A stretch of DNA of 63,999 bases, counting the filler, from Circinaria calcarea (lineage: Eukaryota), in assembly GCA_051942165.1 (NCBI GenBank). It is 6 parts of 6 records of this genome, joined end to end, with 100 filler letters (N's around TTAATTAATTAA, not from the genome) between each part and the next. Parts side by side here need not be neighbours in the genome. Positions count along the whole stretch, not along the records: positions 1 to 10,620 come from JAVECS010000784.1; positions 10,721 to 21,337 come from JAVECS010000785.1; 4 more parts are not named here. The stretch is one strand, 5' to 3'. A program made the translations under genes and the position numbers. Under the pieces are notes generated by a model. It did not search any database and was not told the DNA's origin. It was given only the letters and a program-made list of their open reading frames with translations. How positions within the stretch are numbered: position 1 is the stretch's first letter; every line of letters begins with the position of its first letter. Positions 1 to 11,754 of the stretch are shown piece by piece.

Positions 1-2083
1 TGGTGGAGAAATACTTTGTACTGTTCTAGGAGCCGCCACTTGGGTGCCCAATTCCGAAATTAGAGGCTTTCGGGGGAGATTGGCGAGAAGGGTCGAAGAT
101 GATTCGAGGGATTCAATCGCAAAGGACAAAAACGCAATAGTCTTGCTATTTACACCCAAAGTCCACCGATACTCCGATAGTCTGGTGCGGTAAAAGTCCA
201 CTTCCTCTTGACAAGGGGCAGTTGCGAGGAGCAAGCAGCCAAAGGTGCTGATCAGGGCAAAGTTCACTTTGGAAGGAAAGTACCAGAACGAGTTCAAGTG
301 CTCGGACCGTAAGCGATTTACAAAGTCCATGGCGGAGATAAGTCGGGTTTTGGCGGCGGATCGACAGATATGAGTCAAGTATGGATCTCCATTGCTTGCT
401 TCTAGTGATCGAATGATACAGCGGTGGAGAGTTATCTCGGTTGCAAAATATGCCAAGTGTAGATATCCTTTGGTCGCGTTATTCCTGTATCAAAGGGTAA
501 AATAGAAAGAATGCTTACCTGTTGAGGAAGGCTTGCCTGTCGTAGCATTATCCATTTTGAGATCCAAGGGCAACTTGGAGAACCAGTCTTTGAGCCTTAT
601 CTGTACAGGCTTTGCCCTCTCCAGAATCAGCCGCGTGCCACCGGGTCCGGCATCATCCACTTCTTGCATCGCTTGCAAAGTGAAAAATGTATCGAGAACC
701 GTCGAGAGTATCTCTGTCAAATTGACCATCTTCTTCATCAATGCTCGTCCTCTGTCAAGCTCAACAACTGACACAGCTGCATTAGATATTCCATTAGACT
801 CGTCAAAATCCTCATCTGAAAGACCCTGGACGGCCCAATTGTTTGGAAAGATCGCGGATGGACGCCCATGCACCAGAGAGCACCATTTGTCTTGCATGTA
901 CAACGCCCATGCCAACCGTTTCCTCAATCCTTTTTCAGCGGGGGACAACAGCCAAGACGAACAATCAAGGTGCAGCCCAAGCTCATAAGCAATGGCAACA
1001 AGCTGTGTGTTCAGGGTTTTGGAATCAATGTTCGGTCGCTGCATCAGTAAAAGGCCAGCTTGAACAGTCGATAACGTTGGATTGCATATCGAATCCCCAA
1101 ACAGCCTCAGTGCAAGTCCTTCCACTTGGGAGGCATCTGGAATTGGAGATGCTGTCCTGGAATTTTCTTGGACCAGCAACGGAGTGGCGAGCGCATAGAT
1201 AGCGGCAAGTAAGGTAGGGTCCATGATCATTCTTTTCCCACCGCTACATTCCGAAAACACATCCTGCTGGACAATGGGAAAATTGGGATGAATGGTGGTC
1301 AGGTAGCGACGAAGGAGTGATGTACTGTGTGCTCCAACAAGTCTCTCCAATGTCCTTGACGCGATTGAGTTCACGCCCGTTGTCCCTTCAGTATTTGTTC
1401 CTCGATCAGAGAAAAAGGCAGTTCGCGCGTCTGCCTTCCGGTAAACATCATTCGGGCTCACGTTTCCATTCATAGCAGCCAAGTCCAGTAACATGGGTTC
1501 AAACTCAGTGGTGGGCCCTATATGTGTCCCGTAAAGTTCCGATCGCGAGACATCAGCATCCTTTGATCTGTTCTCCGAAGACTCGCTTTCGACTTTGGGC
1601 GGCGGGGTGCTGTTATATACATGGGAATCTAGTGCCGCGTCGGTCATCCCTTGAGGAAAAGATGCAATTGATCTGCCCTCGACCTATCGTCAGCATGTAT
1701 AGGTGGACAGCCTTGCCAGCGAGTGGATCATTAACTGACCTCCGCTTCGCGGCGTCGGGCTCCGTAGCTTCAGCGTCTGTCTTTCTCTTCCTGGGCTGGG
1801 GATCTTCGATAAAGGTACAATCCTGTCCGTGGACTCCACATGCCGCGCAACTCTTCTGCCCTTCGCCAGTTACACATTTGCTCTTGCGTTTCCGACAAGC
1901 GTCACAAGGGCGCTCCCGACGCCCTCGAGGAATAGTAGAGTTCTTGCTAGCCATTCCCGAATTTGGACTGATCGCGTGCCTCTTGACTGGAGTTGGCCGA
2001 ACGGGACCTGTGACAGGAGCTGAGAAGGGGAGAACGTCGATGGGGAAAGTAACTGGAACGACGGCCGTTGCCATACTGAGCAT
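1..2083 (-). CDS. Zn(II)2Cys6 transcription factor with fungal-specific TF domain, DAL81/TamA-like; 3' end runs off the window
   Basis: Binuclear cluster CDACRKRKSKC-x7-CAAC-x6-C; middle homology region (ELGLHLDCSSW...RKRLAWALYMQDKWCSLVHGRP); later exon GYLHLAYFATEITLHRCIIRSL. Introns inferred at 1739-1673 and 518-468. Start is ATG 2083 or 2074. Confidence 0.85.
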
Positions 2084-2969
2084 CACGGCGGGAGAAGTAG
2101 GTGCTGGAATTTTAGTAGAGCTGCATCTATTTCGGCTGGTTCCTGCGCCTCAATCACGTCGTCCTATCCCAAGGCAGATATGTTGGTATTTTCTCAAAGT
2201 GGAAGTTCGAACAGACGTTCAAAGTGCGTGCTGCTTGATAGTTGACTGATTGCTATCGCGTAACAGCTGCAGCAGCATCATGACGCTCGGATGTGGAGAA
2301 GAATGGACAGGCCGATAACTCATGCGGGGAGGGAGATAAATCCTCAGGGCTGGTGTTGGCAGTATCTGACTGTCGCTGAGTGTGTATCTCTCCATGTACC
2401 TGCCAACGCCAGTCATCGGCAGCGTGAAGATACAGGGCCGCAGCTAGACCGCGACACGCAGGCATACTGAGATCGGGACGGCTTCCGCGACGTGGCACTC
2501 GTAGTCTCGTGGGGGGACAAGTTGGATTTATCGTGGTCACGGAATGCTGTGATTGCTCAGTGCGAGCGATCACTGGAGATTCCAAACGTAACATAAACCG
2601 AGTACGTGCTTAGCGAGAATCTGAGGCTGGATATTGCCTGTGGATTCGGCCGGGGGGGAAGATAAGGAAGAGATAAGCGTTTTCGGTGTCAAATTCTTCA
2701 GTGTACAAGTCTACATATCAGTTTCTGCGACTTTGTACCTGACCTTTGCCCAGCCTGTCGGGAATCATCACGCGATATTTCATCATTGCTTGTGTAACGG
2801 TAAAAGCTTGGCTGAGATGTCCAGTACCATACAGGTGCAAGATTATTGATTAGTGGATATGCAATCTACTCCCACGCGTGCAGCAAGACCATCCGATCCA
2901 GAAGAAATGTTCTGATGATCGTTGCCCACGGCATATATAACTGCGAGAGCATGTGATTGCATCTATCGA

Positions 2970-5018
2970 CTACCGAGGCCATGTCTGGGCCACCTCGATC
3001 AGTGCCTGCAGCAACTCTTGATCCCCTGCATCTAAAGAGACGTTTCGGTGCAGTCCAAAAGGTGCAACGTCTATCGCGCACTTCTGCCTATGCGGTGGTA
3101 GGTGACCTGTCTGAAAATACCTTCGGATATGTCTGGCAGTACAGAGGGAAGGTAATGCCATGGTACAGTGACCGTAGCCCAGCGTTTCCAACACCGTGCT
3201 GCCGGGAAAGAGCTTCGAGGCTCTGAATGCGTATTCTAATGGCGTGACGGGGTCGAAGGATTGACTAACGAAGAGAATAGGATGAGCGGTCTTGGCGCCG
3301 AATGGCCCGGTAAATCGCCATTTGGGGCGAATGGAATAGCCAAGGCATGCCAACTCCCAGAGTGCGAACTTGTCTCCAAATCGCGAACTCCGGCGTCTGA
3401 TCTCTGAGAGTTGATTTCGGAATGCTGCTTGCGTTAATCCTTGTTGATCGTCGCCGTCGGCGCACAGGACACCCAGTGAAGCGCTATAGGGCTCTAGTTC
3501 AAACGAATTCGAAGACGATGAACAGGTAACGTATCCCAGAGACACAGCCAAGGATGTAGCATTACCGTGAGAAAGATCATGCGCCACTTGTGCGATGTGT
3601 GTGAAACTACTGAAAGGGCCATAGTAGCCACTAAACATAGCCGTGACAACATCGCTATGTGTAACAACTAGTGGACCATGTTCTGTAGATGTAGCAAGAG
3701 GTTTGTCCTTGATTTTCTCCAGGATTTCTCCGAGATAAGTATGGATTTGGGGGGGACCTCCGTCTCTGTAGATTGCACACTTCTCTGGACCAGCCTGGTA
3801 ACAACTGACTGTAAAGCTTTTAGTGATCTGGTCAATGTCCTGAAGGTCTCGAGAATAATCCCAGCGAATATAAAGGTAAGGATCAACCACACCGTCGAGG
3901 ACCATTCGACCAACGCGATGTGGTTGCATGGAAGCAAAACTCTCACCGAGGAAGGTACCATACGAGAAACCCCAGAAAAGCAACTTCTCTTCTCCCTTTC
4001 GCCAGGCGGTATCTTCCCGTATCCTCTCAGTGTTTTCATGGTTTGAGTTGTCAGACAACAGCTTCTCTGCAGTCCTCTCTCTCCACTCACCATGTCTCTC
4101 GATAATCTCCACCATGTCTCGAACAACGGATACAGTACTGATATAATGACCAAGATGTTCATTTCCATTGACACGTAAAGCAGGCACAGTAGCGTTTAGC
4201 CCAGAACAACTGAGGCCTATCGCAGATGCTTCTGCCCAGACTCTTTGAAAGGTTGCTTCGGAGTCATGAATAGAAAATCCGGTTGCCCGTTTTTCTATAT
4301 TCCAGGCTTCTCGAGAAAGTCGGCTTTTGAAACATGAGAACCCAGGAGTAGTATTGTTAACGCCGCGCGGGTCAAAGCTTATAAGATCAAAGTATTTCCC
4401 TTCAGATGAGAGCCTGCTCCCGCTTTTAGGACTTGCTGTCATATCTCCATCTACAATGGTTTGAATACTTCTGCCGTACTGGAGTACCAGATAAACTCCT
4501 GAGCCACCAGGCCCACCTGGCTTGATATTAGTTTGGAAGGTTTGATTGGGATGAGGACTTGCCGGGATTCAAAACACTCGCGCCGCCATATCTAGGATCA
4601 GTGATGGGGACCCTGGCCGGCCTTTTGATTATTGCAATGGCCATTTGATCGCCTTGGTTACCACTCGTCCCGTTCCAGTCCACAGGTACTTGAAGCCTGG
4701 CGCACTCATGACTGCCAAAGCACGTGTGATATTGAAGGTCTCCCGATGGCCGTATCTTTAACCGTCAACCATGTGAAATAATCATCATCGGCGTAACCTT
4801 ATGCGTACCTTGTCCCAGTAAAATGCAGCGGCTTCCTCTCCAATAGTGGGGATTTTGCCATGTAGATTTTCATTACTTGAAATCCAGTGCAAAGTTACTA
4901 AACACATAATGGTAGTAAAAAGACAAGCCAGCCTCCGATAAAGCCTGGACAAACACAGAGGCCTATCCTCCAAAACTTCTGATTGCAACATTCTCTTTCC
5001 GGAAGTAATATCAGACAT
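2970..5018 (-). CDS. Alpha/beta hydrolase with TAP-like C-terminal domain (tripeptidyl-aminopeptidase-like), N-terminal membrane anchor
   Basis: Exons about 5018-4809, 4755-4563, 4516-2970. Motifs CARLQVPVDW, NPGGPGGSG, FDPRGV, nucleophile GFSYG, LDGVVD, DPVTPL, GHC. Confidence 0.88.
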
Positions 5019-5604
5019 TGCTCCTCTATCAACTCCTAGTGAGGGTTTCGTAATAGGAGGCTAGTTCACGGCTCCGCTTGAGCTTCTTCTGTAAAAAGAG
5101 AAGTCTGTATAAGAAGAGCTCTCATACCGAAAATGAAGCAACTATGTCAAAGTAGGACTCTTAGACGGCGTTATGCTAGCAGGAATCATTTTCAAGCCCA
5201 AATCTCTCTTACCTTGCCGTCCACTAGATCCTCTGCCAAGCCAAGACGCTGGACCTCGTATCTACTAATGGTAGCAGGCATAACAGATGTTAGTGTGGTT
5301 GTCTTTCAATAATCATAGAAGGCCCAAACAACGGTTTGTTTTCATACAGAAAGACAGAATATACACCAGAGGATGTCCTCCATATTATACCTCTTTTTAA
5401 AAGAATTTATACAGCCTTTGCTGAGTGTACCCGGGTTGGTCGAAACCCACGCTAACATCTATTGTCCCTGCAACCATAGTATTGAGCTTCACCAGCGGTC
5501 TCACTCCATCAATCACCAATTGTATACTCTGTATGAATGATTTATTATGAAGCAGTCATTGCTATAGTGGAGCTAGGCACAATCGGAAACAGCGCGAGCA
5601 CTGC

Positions 5605-7237
5605 ATGAGCTTCCACCGTTTATGCCGCACCCAATCTCTACGCCATTATACTCTGGGCAGAGGGAATGGAACCAGGCATAGCTCAGGCATCTTACCGCTC
5701 ATTATTTGTAGGAATATGAAGCGCAAAGCGACCAACTTGGAGCCGGCTCCGAAAGCTAAGCGTACAAGAGAGCAAGGAAAAGATTACTGTGATGTCGAAG
5801 CGGTACGGGATGACCGAGGGAACACTGTCTGGCCAGCACCACCCAAGGCCATCCAAGATGCTAGGGCTTTTTTGAAATCCTGGTACGGGGGGTCTGATCC
5901 TGACTACAGATGCTGTGCTCATCAATATGCTATAGCGCTAGTGCACAGGAAAAGACACTCATTGTGCCAGATAAAGACGCAGACGGGTTGAGCAGTGGGG
6001 TTATTATACTACGCACACTTACGACCCTCGGTCTGGAAGCTTCCCAGATCGATGTACACCTAGTGACCAAAGGATCCAACATCCATCAAGAGTCGGAAAG
6101 AAGGGCGATGGAACAAAAGAACCCGAAATATGTGATTGTGGTGGACCAAGGGAGCCGCGCTGGACCTTCTGTTATCGACCGTGCGGATGCATCATCTCTG
6201 ATTATAGATCACCACTTGAGCGACGAATTCCCCCAAAATGCTCTTGTATGAAGGATCATCTACACCCGCCGAGCTCAGCTGATGACTGCTCAGGTTGTCA
6301 GTGGGTGCCATTACCCTCCGGTACCTACATCAGCCCTTCTCACCTACGAGATATGCAAGGCACTACACCCGGATATTCCAAGGGAATGTGCTTATCTCTG
6401 TGCAATTGGTACTCATGGTGATTTGGGAACAACGCTCAAGTGGAAGCCGCCATTCCCAGATATGACGGAGACGTTCAAGACTTATTCAAAGAAGGTCATT
6501 AATGATGCAGTATCACTGATCAATGCCCGTATGTTACCGTCTCAAGCCCTAAGAGCAGTCGCATGCTAACCGTAACATAGCACGACGGACTGCAAGATTT
6601 GACGTGGCTTCAGCTTGGCAAGCTCTTGTTGAGACGAGTAACCCCAAAGAGATTCTCAGTAATAAGCGTTTACTTCAGGCACGGGCTGAGATCAACGAGG
6701 AAGTTGAGAGACAAACTCATACCCCACCCAAATTTAGCAAAGACGGGAAGATTGCCGTCTTACGTATTCACTCTGCGGCGCAAGTTCATCCAGTCATCGC
6801 AACAAGATGGGTGAGTTTCTGCCCTGGAGACAGCGTATTCAGCATCGCTGACAATGGCCTAGGCCGGCCATTTACAATCCAAGGCTCTAGAAATCGTCAT
6901 GGTAGCCAACACCGGCTATTTACCAGGTATGGTTAACTTCTCGTGTCGCATAGCCCGATGCGCCCGCTCACGAGATCCGCCCGTCAACATTATTTCTTCC
7001 CTAAAAGCGGTAGCGGATTTGGACACCACCAACCTCGTTGCACGGATGGGTGAAAGCTTTGCGAGAGGCCACAAAGAGGCTAGTGGGGGTATCATTCCAG
7101 CGGCAGAATTCGAGGAGCTTATGGCATTGATGAAAGTTGGCGAGAAACCGGATCCTACACCAGGGGACGCCGTCAGAGTGAGGAAGACTGTCACGCCCCA
7201 GAAAAATAACTTGATGAACTATTTCAATAAGACCTAG
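5605..7237 (+). CDS. DHH-family phosphoesterase, RecJ-like (DHH plus DHHA1-like domain)
   Basis: Five exons with GT-AG sites: 5605 or 5716-5882, 5936-6245, 6294-6528, 6581-6810, 6863-7237. Motifs DKDADG, VVDQG, IIDHH, GTHGD, INAPRR, NFSCR, RGHKEASGG. Confidence 0.88.
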
Positions 7238-7535
7238 ATCTGGCTATGCTCGATCTCGCTTATGAACAAGACTACTCGGGTCCGGATTGGTGGAGAGGTA
7301 TTCTATCGACTGATGGGTATATGCAGCTCACTACCAAGCCGCCAAGGCTGTTAGGGAAAAAGGGTTCTACCTATTCCCGAGCTTCACTGCGCTCTCCAAC
7401 TGGGAAGCCCACTACCGCACTAAAGAAAGGTATCTTCCTCATAGCAAAACCCGAGCCCCGAACATCCAACCATTTGGACCTCTCTTTCTCGAGTCAAGCT
7501 ACATAGACTAGATCCCACATTGCAGTCATCCTCGC

Positions 7536-7595
7536 GAGTGGATACGAGCAGATAAGAGTGGATACGAGAATATAAAGCATAAAATACGAGCGATG
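7536..7595. repeat. 20-bp imperfect tandem repeat (GAGTGGATACGAGc/aAg/tATAA x2 plus a degenerate third copy)
   Basis: Read directly from the sequence. Confidence 0.7.
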
Positions 7596-8851
7596 GCACT
7601 CTGCATTACCTACCAGTGCTTCGTTCCGTCGATACCTTCTGCCACTTGCCGTGGATCTCCATAGGCTGAGGAGGGGGTAGCTACCGAAGAATAGTTATGG
7701 TGATGAATGGAACTTGGGGGAGGTGAACGGAAGTAGGTGAGGCAAGGTTGGTGGCAACGATTGGGTTTGGGGCGGTGAGGATTTTTTTGATGTGAAATTG
7801 ACAGAATGGGAGCTTGGACGATCCTTCTCTCGCCAGTTCCGGTAAGAATGTGTTGCGATCTACCGTCTGATGCAGTCCGAGCAGTGTCTTTGTAAAGGTT
7901 CTGATCGTTGCCCCGCACTCACCTCTCCTCTCTCCACTCAGCTTCCCTTTACTTCGGACTACAGCTCCGCATCGGCTTCGCATACCGTGAAGATCTGCAA
8001 TCCACACCTACACTTTCGAACTTCCCATTGCCTTGAGAAATGCTGTGTAACCCGGTTGGGGATCCTGGATGCGCGACTTCTCGCAGGTTGGATGGCATTG
8101 CGACAAGGGCCTCACCGGGAAGTCATGCAGGAGACCGGGTCTTTTAATTGCCCCTTGGACCTTGGAGATGAGGACTGGGCTCAATCTATGAGTTGATCAT
8201 CACCCGGGATGCTGTCTCAATACGGGTATCATCAGCCACTTCGCCTGCTTCCCGAGTCTTGTTAGATCTGCCGAAGCAGGATGGCCCAATATGACCAGGT
8301 GAATTTCTGCACGGCCTCTCTGTCAGGACGCTCCGGTTAATAACTGACCTCTCTTACCCTTGTTACACCCATCAGCGCTGCATGTATCCACACTGCAGAC
8401 AGACAACTTGACTTCATTACATAGGGATATGCAGGGCCAAGTGCAGCAAGATACTTTGGCGGATTGAGGTAATGGTTTGCCAAATATATCTTTCAGGAGT
8501 CGAAACCGACATTCACAAGAGAGATGCAATGTGATACGAAGCGTCTAACGTGTTTGGCAATGTCGCCGAAGGATTTACTGCTCGAGATATCAATGTATCG
8601 TCCTTTTCCATGTTTTCTTGACACTCTCTCACTATACTCGCTTGATAATTTCTCATTTCCAGCTATCTGGGCTTTTAAGAAGCTTAGGGCTTGGCTACCT
8701 CGATTCAGAAAGAAAACCCCCCCTGCCAAAATAGATCTTGACCTCTCCAACAGTACATATCAAATCATGTCGGCACACTCAAGAACATGTTGAAGAATAT
8801 TAAATCCCCACTTTGCCCTACGAATCGGGCCAGGAGTGAAGACTACCCACC

Positions 8852-10620
8852 ATGTTACTCGAGGCGCTCCGATGGTCGATCGTCTTTCTTGTCATGGGAG
8901 AAGCTGTCTCTGCTTTTGCCATTACTGGTGCTCTCGGCGGTATCAATGTAACAACAGGGCAGAGGCCTTCAAGGCAGGAAATTTCATCTTTTCAGTCCAG
9001 CGGCGGTCCTGCATTTGACCTCTACATTCTCGCTTTCCAACGATTCGTCCAGACAGATCAGACCCAACTGTTATCATATTATCAAGTTGCTGGTGAGTAG
9101 TTCAAATGTCTGTGTATTCGAGGGTACGTCGTCAATACTCTATAGGCATTCATGGATATCCCGCAGTCCCTTGGGATGGTGCCAAAGGGAAAGGCTACAG
9201 TGCTGGATACTGCACTCATGAGTCCGTTCTCTTCCCACCATGGCATCGACCGTACATGGCACTCTATGAAGTATGAGCACTTCTATACACTTTGCAGTCT
9301 TCAGTCTTGTTGATGATCGCAGCAAATTGTATGGAGTTACGCCCAGGAAATTGCAAAGAGATATCCCTCTTCTATTCGTGATAAATATCAAGCCGCGGCT
9401 GAGAAATTAAGGGTGCCATACTGGGACTCTACTACAAGTGCCATGATGCCTGACTTGGTCAATAATCCCTGGATCAGGGTTACGACTCCAAAAGGACTTC
9501 GCACCATAACGAACCCATTATACAACTATACCTTTAGTCCCCAGCCATCGGCATCGGAATTTCCATCTGGAGACGAGGTATTCTTCCTCTCCTGTTATGT
9601 TTCCAATTATCAAATCACATTGTGCAACTTGACCGCAAACTTGTGGAATCCAGGTCAATAATTATTCGCACTGACCTGATCTCAGCTTTCCAGTTACCAT
9701 GCTACCGTCCGAAGTCCAAGCTCCTCTAGCCAAAGCCAACCAGAACTTTCGAACAAGGCTTTGCAGATGAATGGACAAGGGCAAGTTCGTCAACCATTTG
9801 CCATAGGCCTAGCTGATTTTTGTAGGCTGCACGACGGGACCTATCAGTTACTATCATCCGAACCGAATTATGCCATTTTCTCAAATACGGCATACAACGA
9901 TGACGAAAGCTACGGTCACCAAAGCATTGAGAATATACACAACGGCGTCCATGCCTTTGTTGGTGGAATGGGTGGTCACATGTCCGCTGTCCCTTTTTCT
10001 GCATTCGACCCGATTTTCTGGCTTCACCACGCGTACGTCGGTCCCTTCCCGGAAACATAACGCCTGGACTGAGCAGTTATCACAGTAACATCGATCGACT
10101 CTTCGCCATCTGGCAAGCCCTATACCCGGATTCATACGTCACTCCCCAGGTCCCCGGAGCAGGAACCTACACCAATTCCCCCGATGAGTTCGAAGACGTA
10201 AACACAGGTAAACACTCCCCTACCCTCACATTCAATCTCTCCTCTAAACTCAAAACATCATCCAGCTCTCACCCCCTTCCACGCTGACCGTGCCGGTACT
10301 TTTTACACATCCGCTACCGTTCACAGCACCCGCGTCTTCGGCTACACTTACCCCGAACTCGAAGGCGAATGGACCCTAAACTCCACGCAGTTCGCGCAAA
10401 CCCTCCGGGCCAAAGTCAACGCGATTTACAACCCTCAGTCGGCCAACTCCTCGAAGCTTGCCAAACGTGCACCGAATGCAAAAGTGGTGGCCAATGCGGC
10501 CAGTTACCAATGGAGCATTGATATCCGCGCAGATAGGCAAGTTCCCAGCCCCGTTATCTATCTATCTTGAAAATATCCCTTGTCTAATACTTTCACCTAC
10601 ATAATCACTTACCTAATCAC
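8852..10620 (+). CDS. Secreted tyrosinase (type-3 copper protein), multi-exon, 3'-truncated by contig end
   Basis: Hydrophobic signal peptide; CuA region GIHGYP...[20 protein letters not shown]; CuB region [10 protein letters not shown]...GHMS...[21 protein letters not shown]. Confidence 0.92.
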
Positions 10621-10720
10621 NNNNNNNNNNNNNNNNNNNNNNNNNNNNNNNNNNNNNNNNNNNNTTAATTAATTAANNNNNNNNNNNNNNNNNNNNNNNN
10701 NNNNNNNNNNNNNNNNNNNN
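10621..10720. other. Artificial contig linker N44-TTAATTAATTAA-N44
   Basis: Exact 100-nt spacer with a six-frame stop core, identical at five positions. Confidence 0.98.
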
Positions 10721-10721
10721 A

Positions 10722-11754
10722 CCCGTTCACGCTCAGGAATACGACGAGCAGTACTGTCCTACCTCTCTCAGCACCGCCGCCACCATCTACTCTCCCTTCG
10801 TCCCCTGGTGGGCCCATTACTCTGGCTCGAACCAGCAATGCTGGTCTTGGGCCAGCTGCATCTTCATCCGCGCTGATGAATCCCGCAAACAACAATTTGC
10901 CGCCACCGCACTGGTGATGGGGTTAATCCCGCTCACATTCAAAGACATCGCTTGGCCTAGCCGGCGAGTAATTTTGTTGAGTAAGCCGCTGAACGCGTTT
11001 TTGGAGGTCGTCGTGAGGGCCCTAGGGACGGAGCCAAAGTGGCTGACCGAGAAGGAGATGGACGAAAAAGATGTAGTACGGGCTTGGTGGTTGAAAAGTG
11101 ACCTTGCGACGTTTACCTGGGGTCGAGCTGGGATTGCGTGTATGCTTACTGCCGTTGGTCTTGTGCTTTCAAGTGGTGCACTACTTTTGACAGAGTTGTA
11201 TTCGAAGCGAAGCGCTTTAGGATGCATCTACCCGGCCTTTGTGCTTAGCTGGTACGCAGTAGGGTTTGTGCCTGCAGTTGCACATACCTTTTTCTCAACG
11301 GTGCGGAAACGACGCGAGGAGAGAAAGTTTAAGATTTTGTTTGGGAACCGTGCTGTGGTCAAGGAGAAAGAGCTTGCAGCTATCATATCCGCTGTACAAG
11401 GTGGGGATGAATGGTGGATCGTGCAGCTTCTTTGGGCAATTTTCTACATTGCAGGAACCTTGATTGTACGTGGTATCACTTTGCCGGATGTGCTTCTTTC
11501 TGAACATGCTCACGTTAAAATAGTACACCTCAATCATGGCGGTGACGGTTATTGAATTGCTTGTATGGGTTCTAGCTAGTGCAGCTATGACTGCTGCATG
11601 CAAGTGTCTGGCGTTCTTCATTTGCTTGCTGGCGGAGAAGAACTCAAGACCTATACGGACGCAATCCTTCCTGAAACCAACCCGTGCTAATAGTGTGTTA
11701 CGAATGGCTAATGCGATGGCGGAGCCGGAGAGCATTGAGCTGATTACGAGATGA
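10722..11754 (+). CDS. Hypothetical multi-pass membrane protein, 5'-truncated
   Basis: Frame open from contig start (PVHAQEYDEQYC...KQQFAATALVMGLIPL); several hydrophobic segments; intron 11466-11524 (GTACGT...TAG) joins the second ORF, ending at TGA 11754. Confidence 0.7.

Noticed and set aside
1524..2249. 241-aa plus-strand ORF, and similar ORFs opposite GUS1, the LARP1-like gene and YME2
   Set aside because: Antisense or alternate-frame shadows of well-supported genes.
1..10620. TF + hydrolase + tyrosinase as a secondary-metabolite or melanin cluster
   Set aside because: No PKS, NRPS or terpene backbone gene on the contig, and the TF resembles the DAL81/TamA nitrogen-regulator family.
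10665..10676. Repeated TTAATTAATTAA as a biological repeat or CRISPR-like element
   Set aside because: Always centred in identical N runs; it is a six-frame-stop assembly linker.
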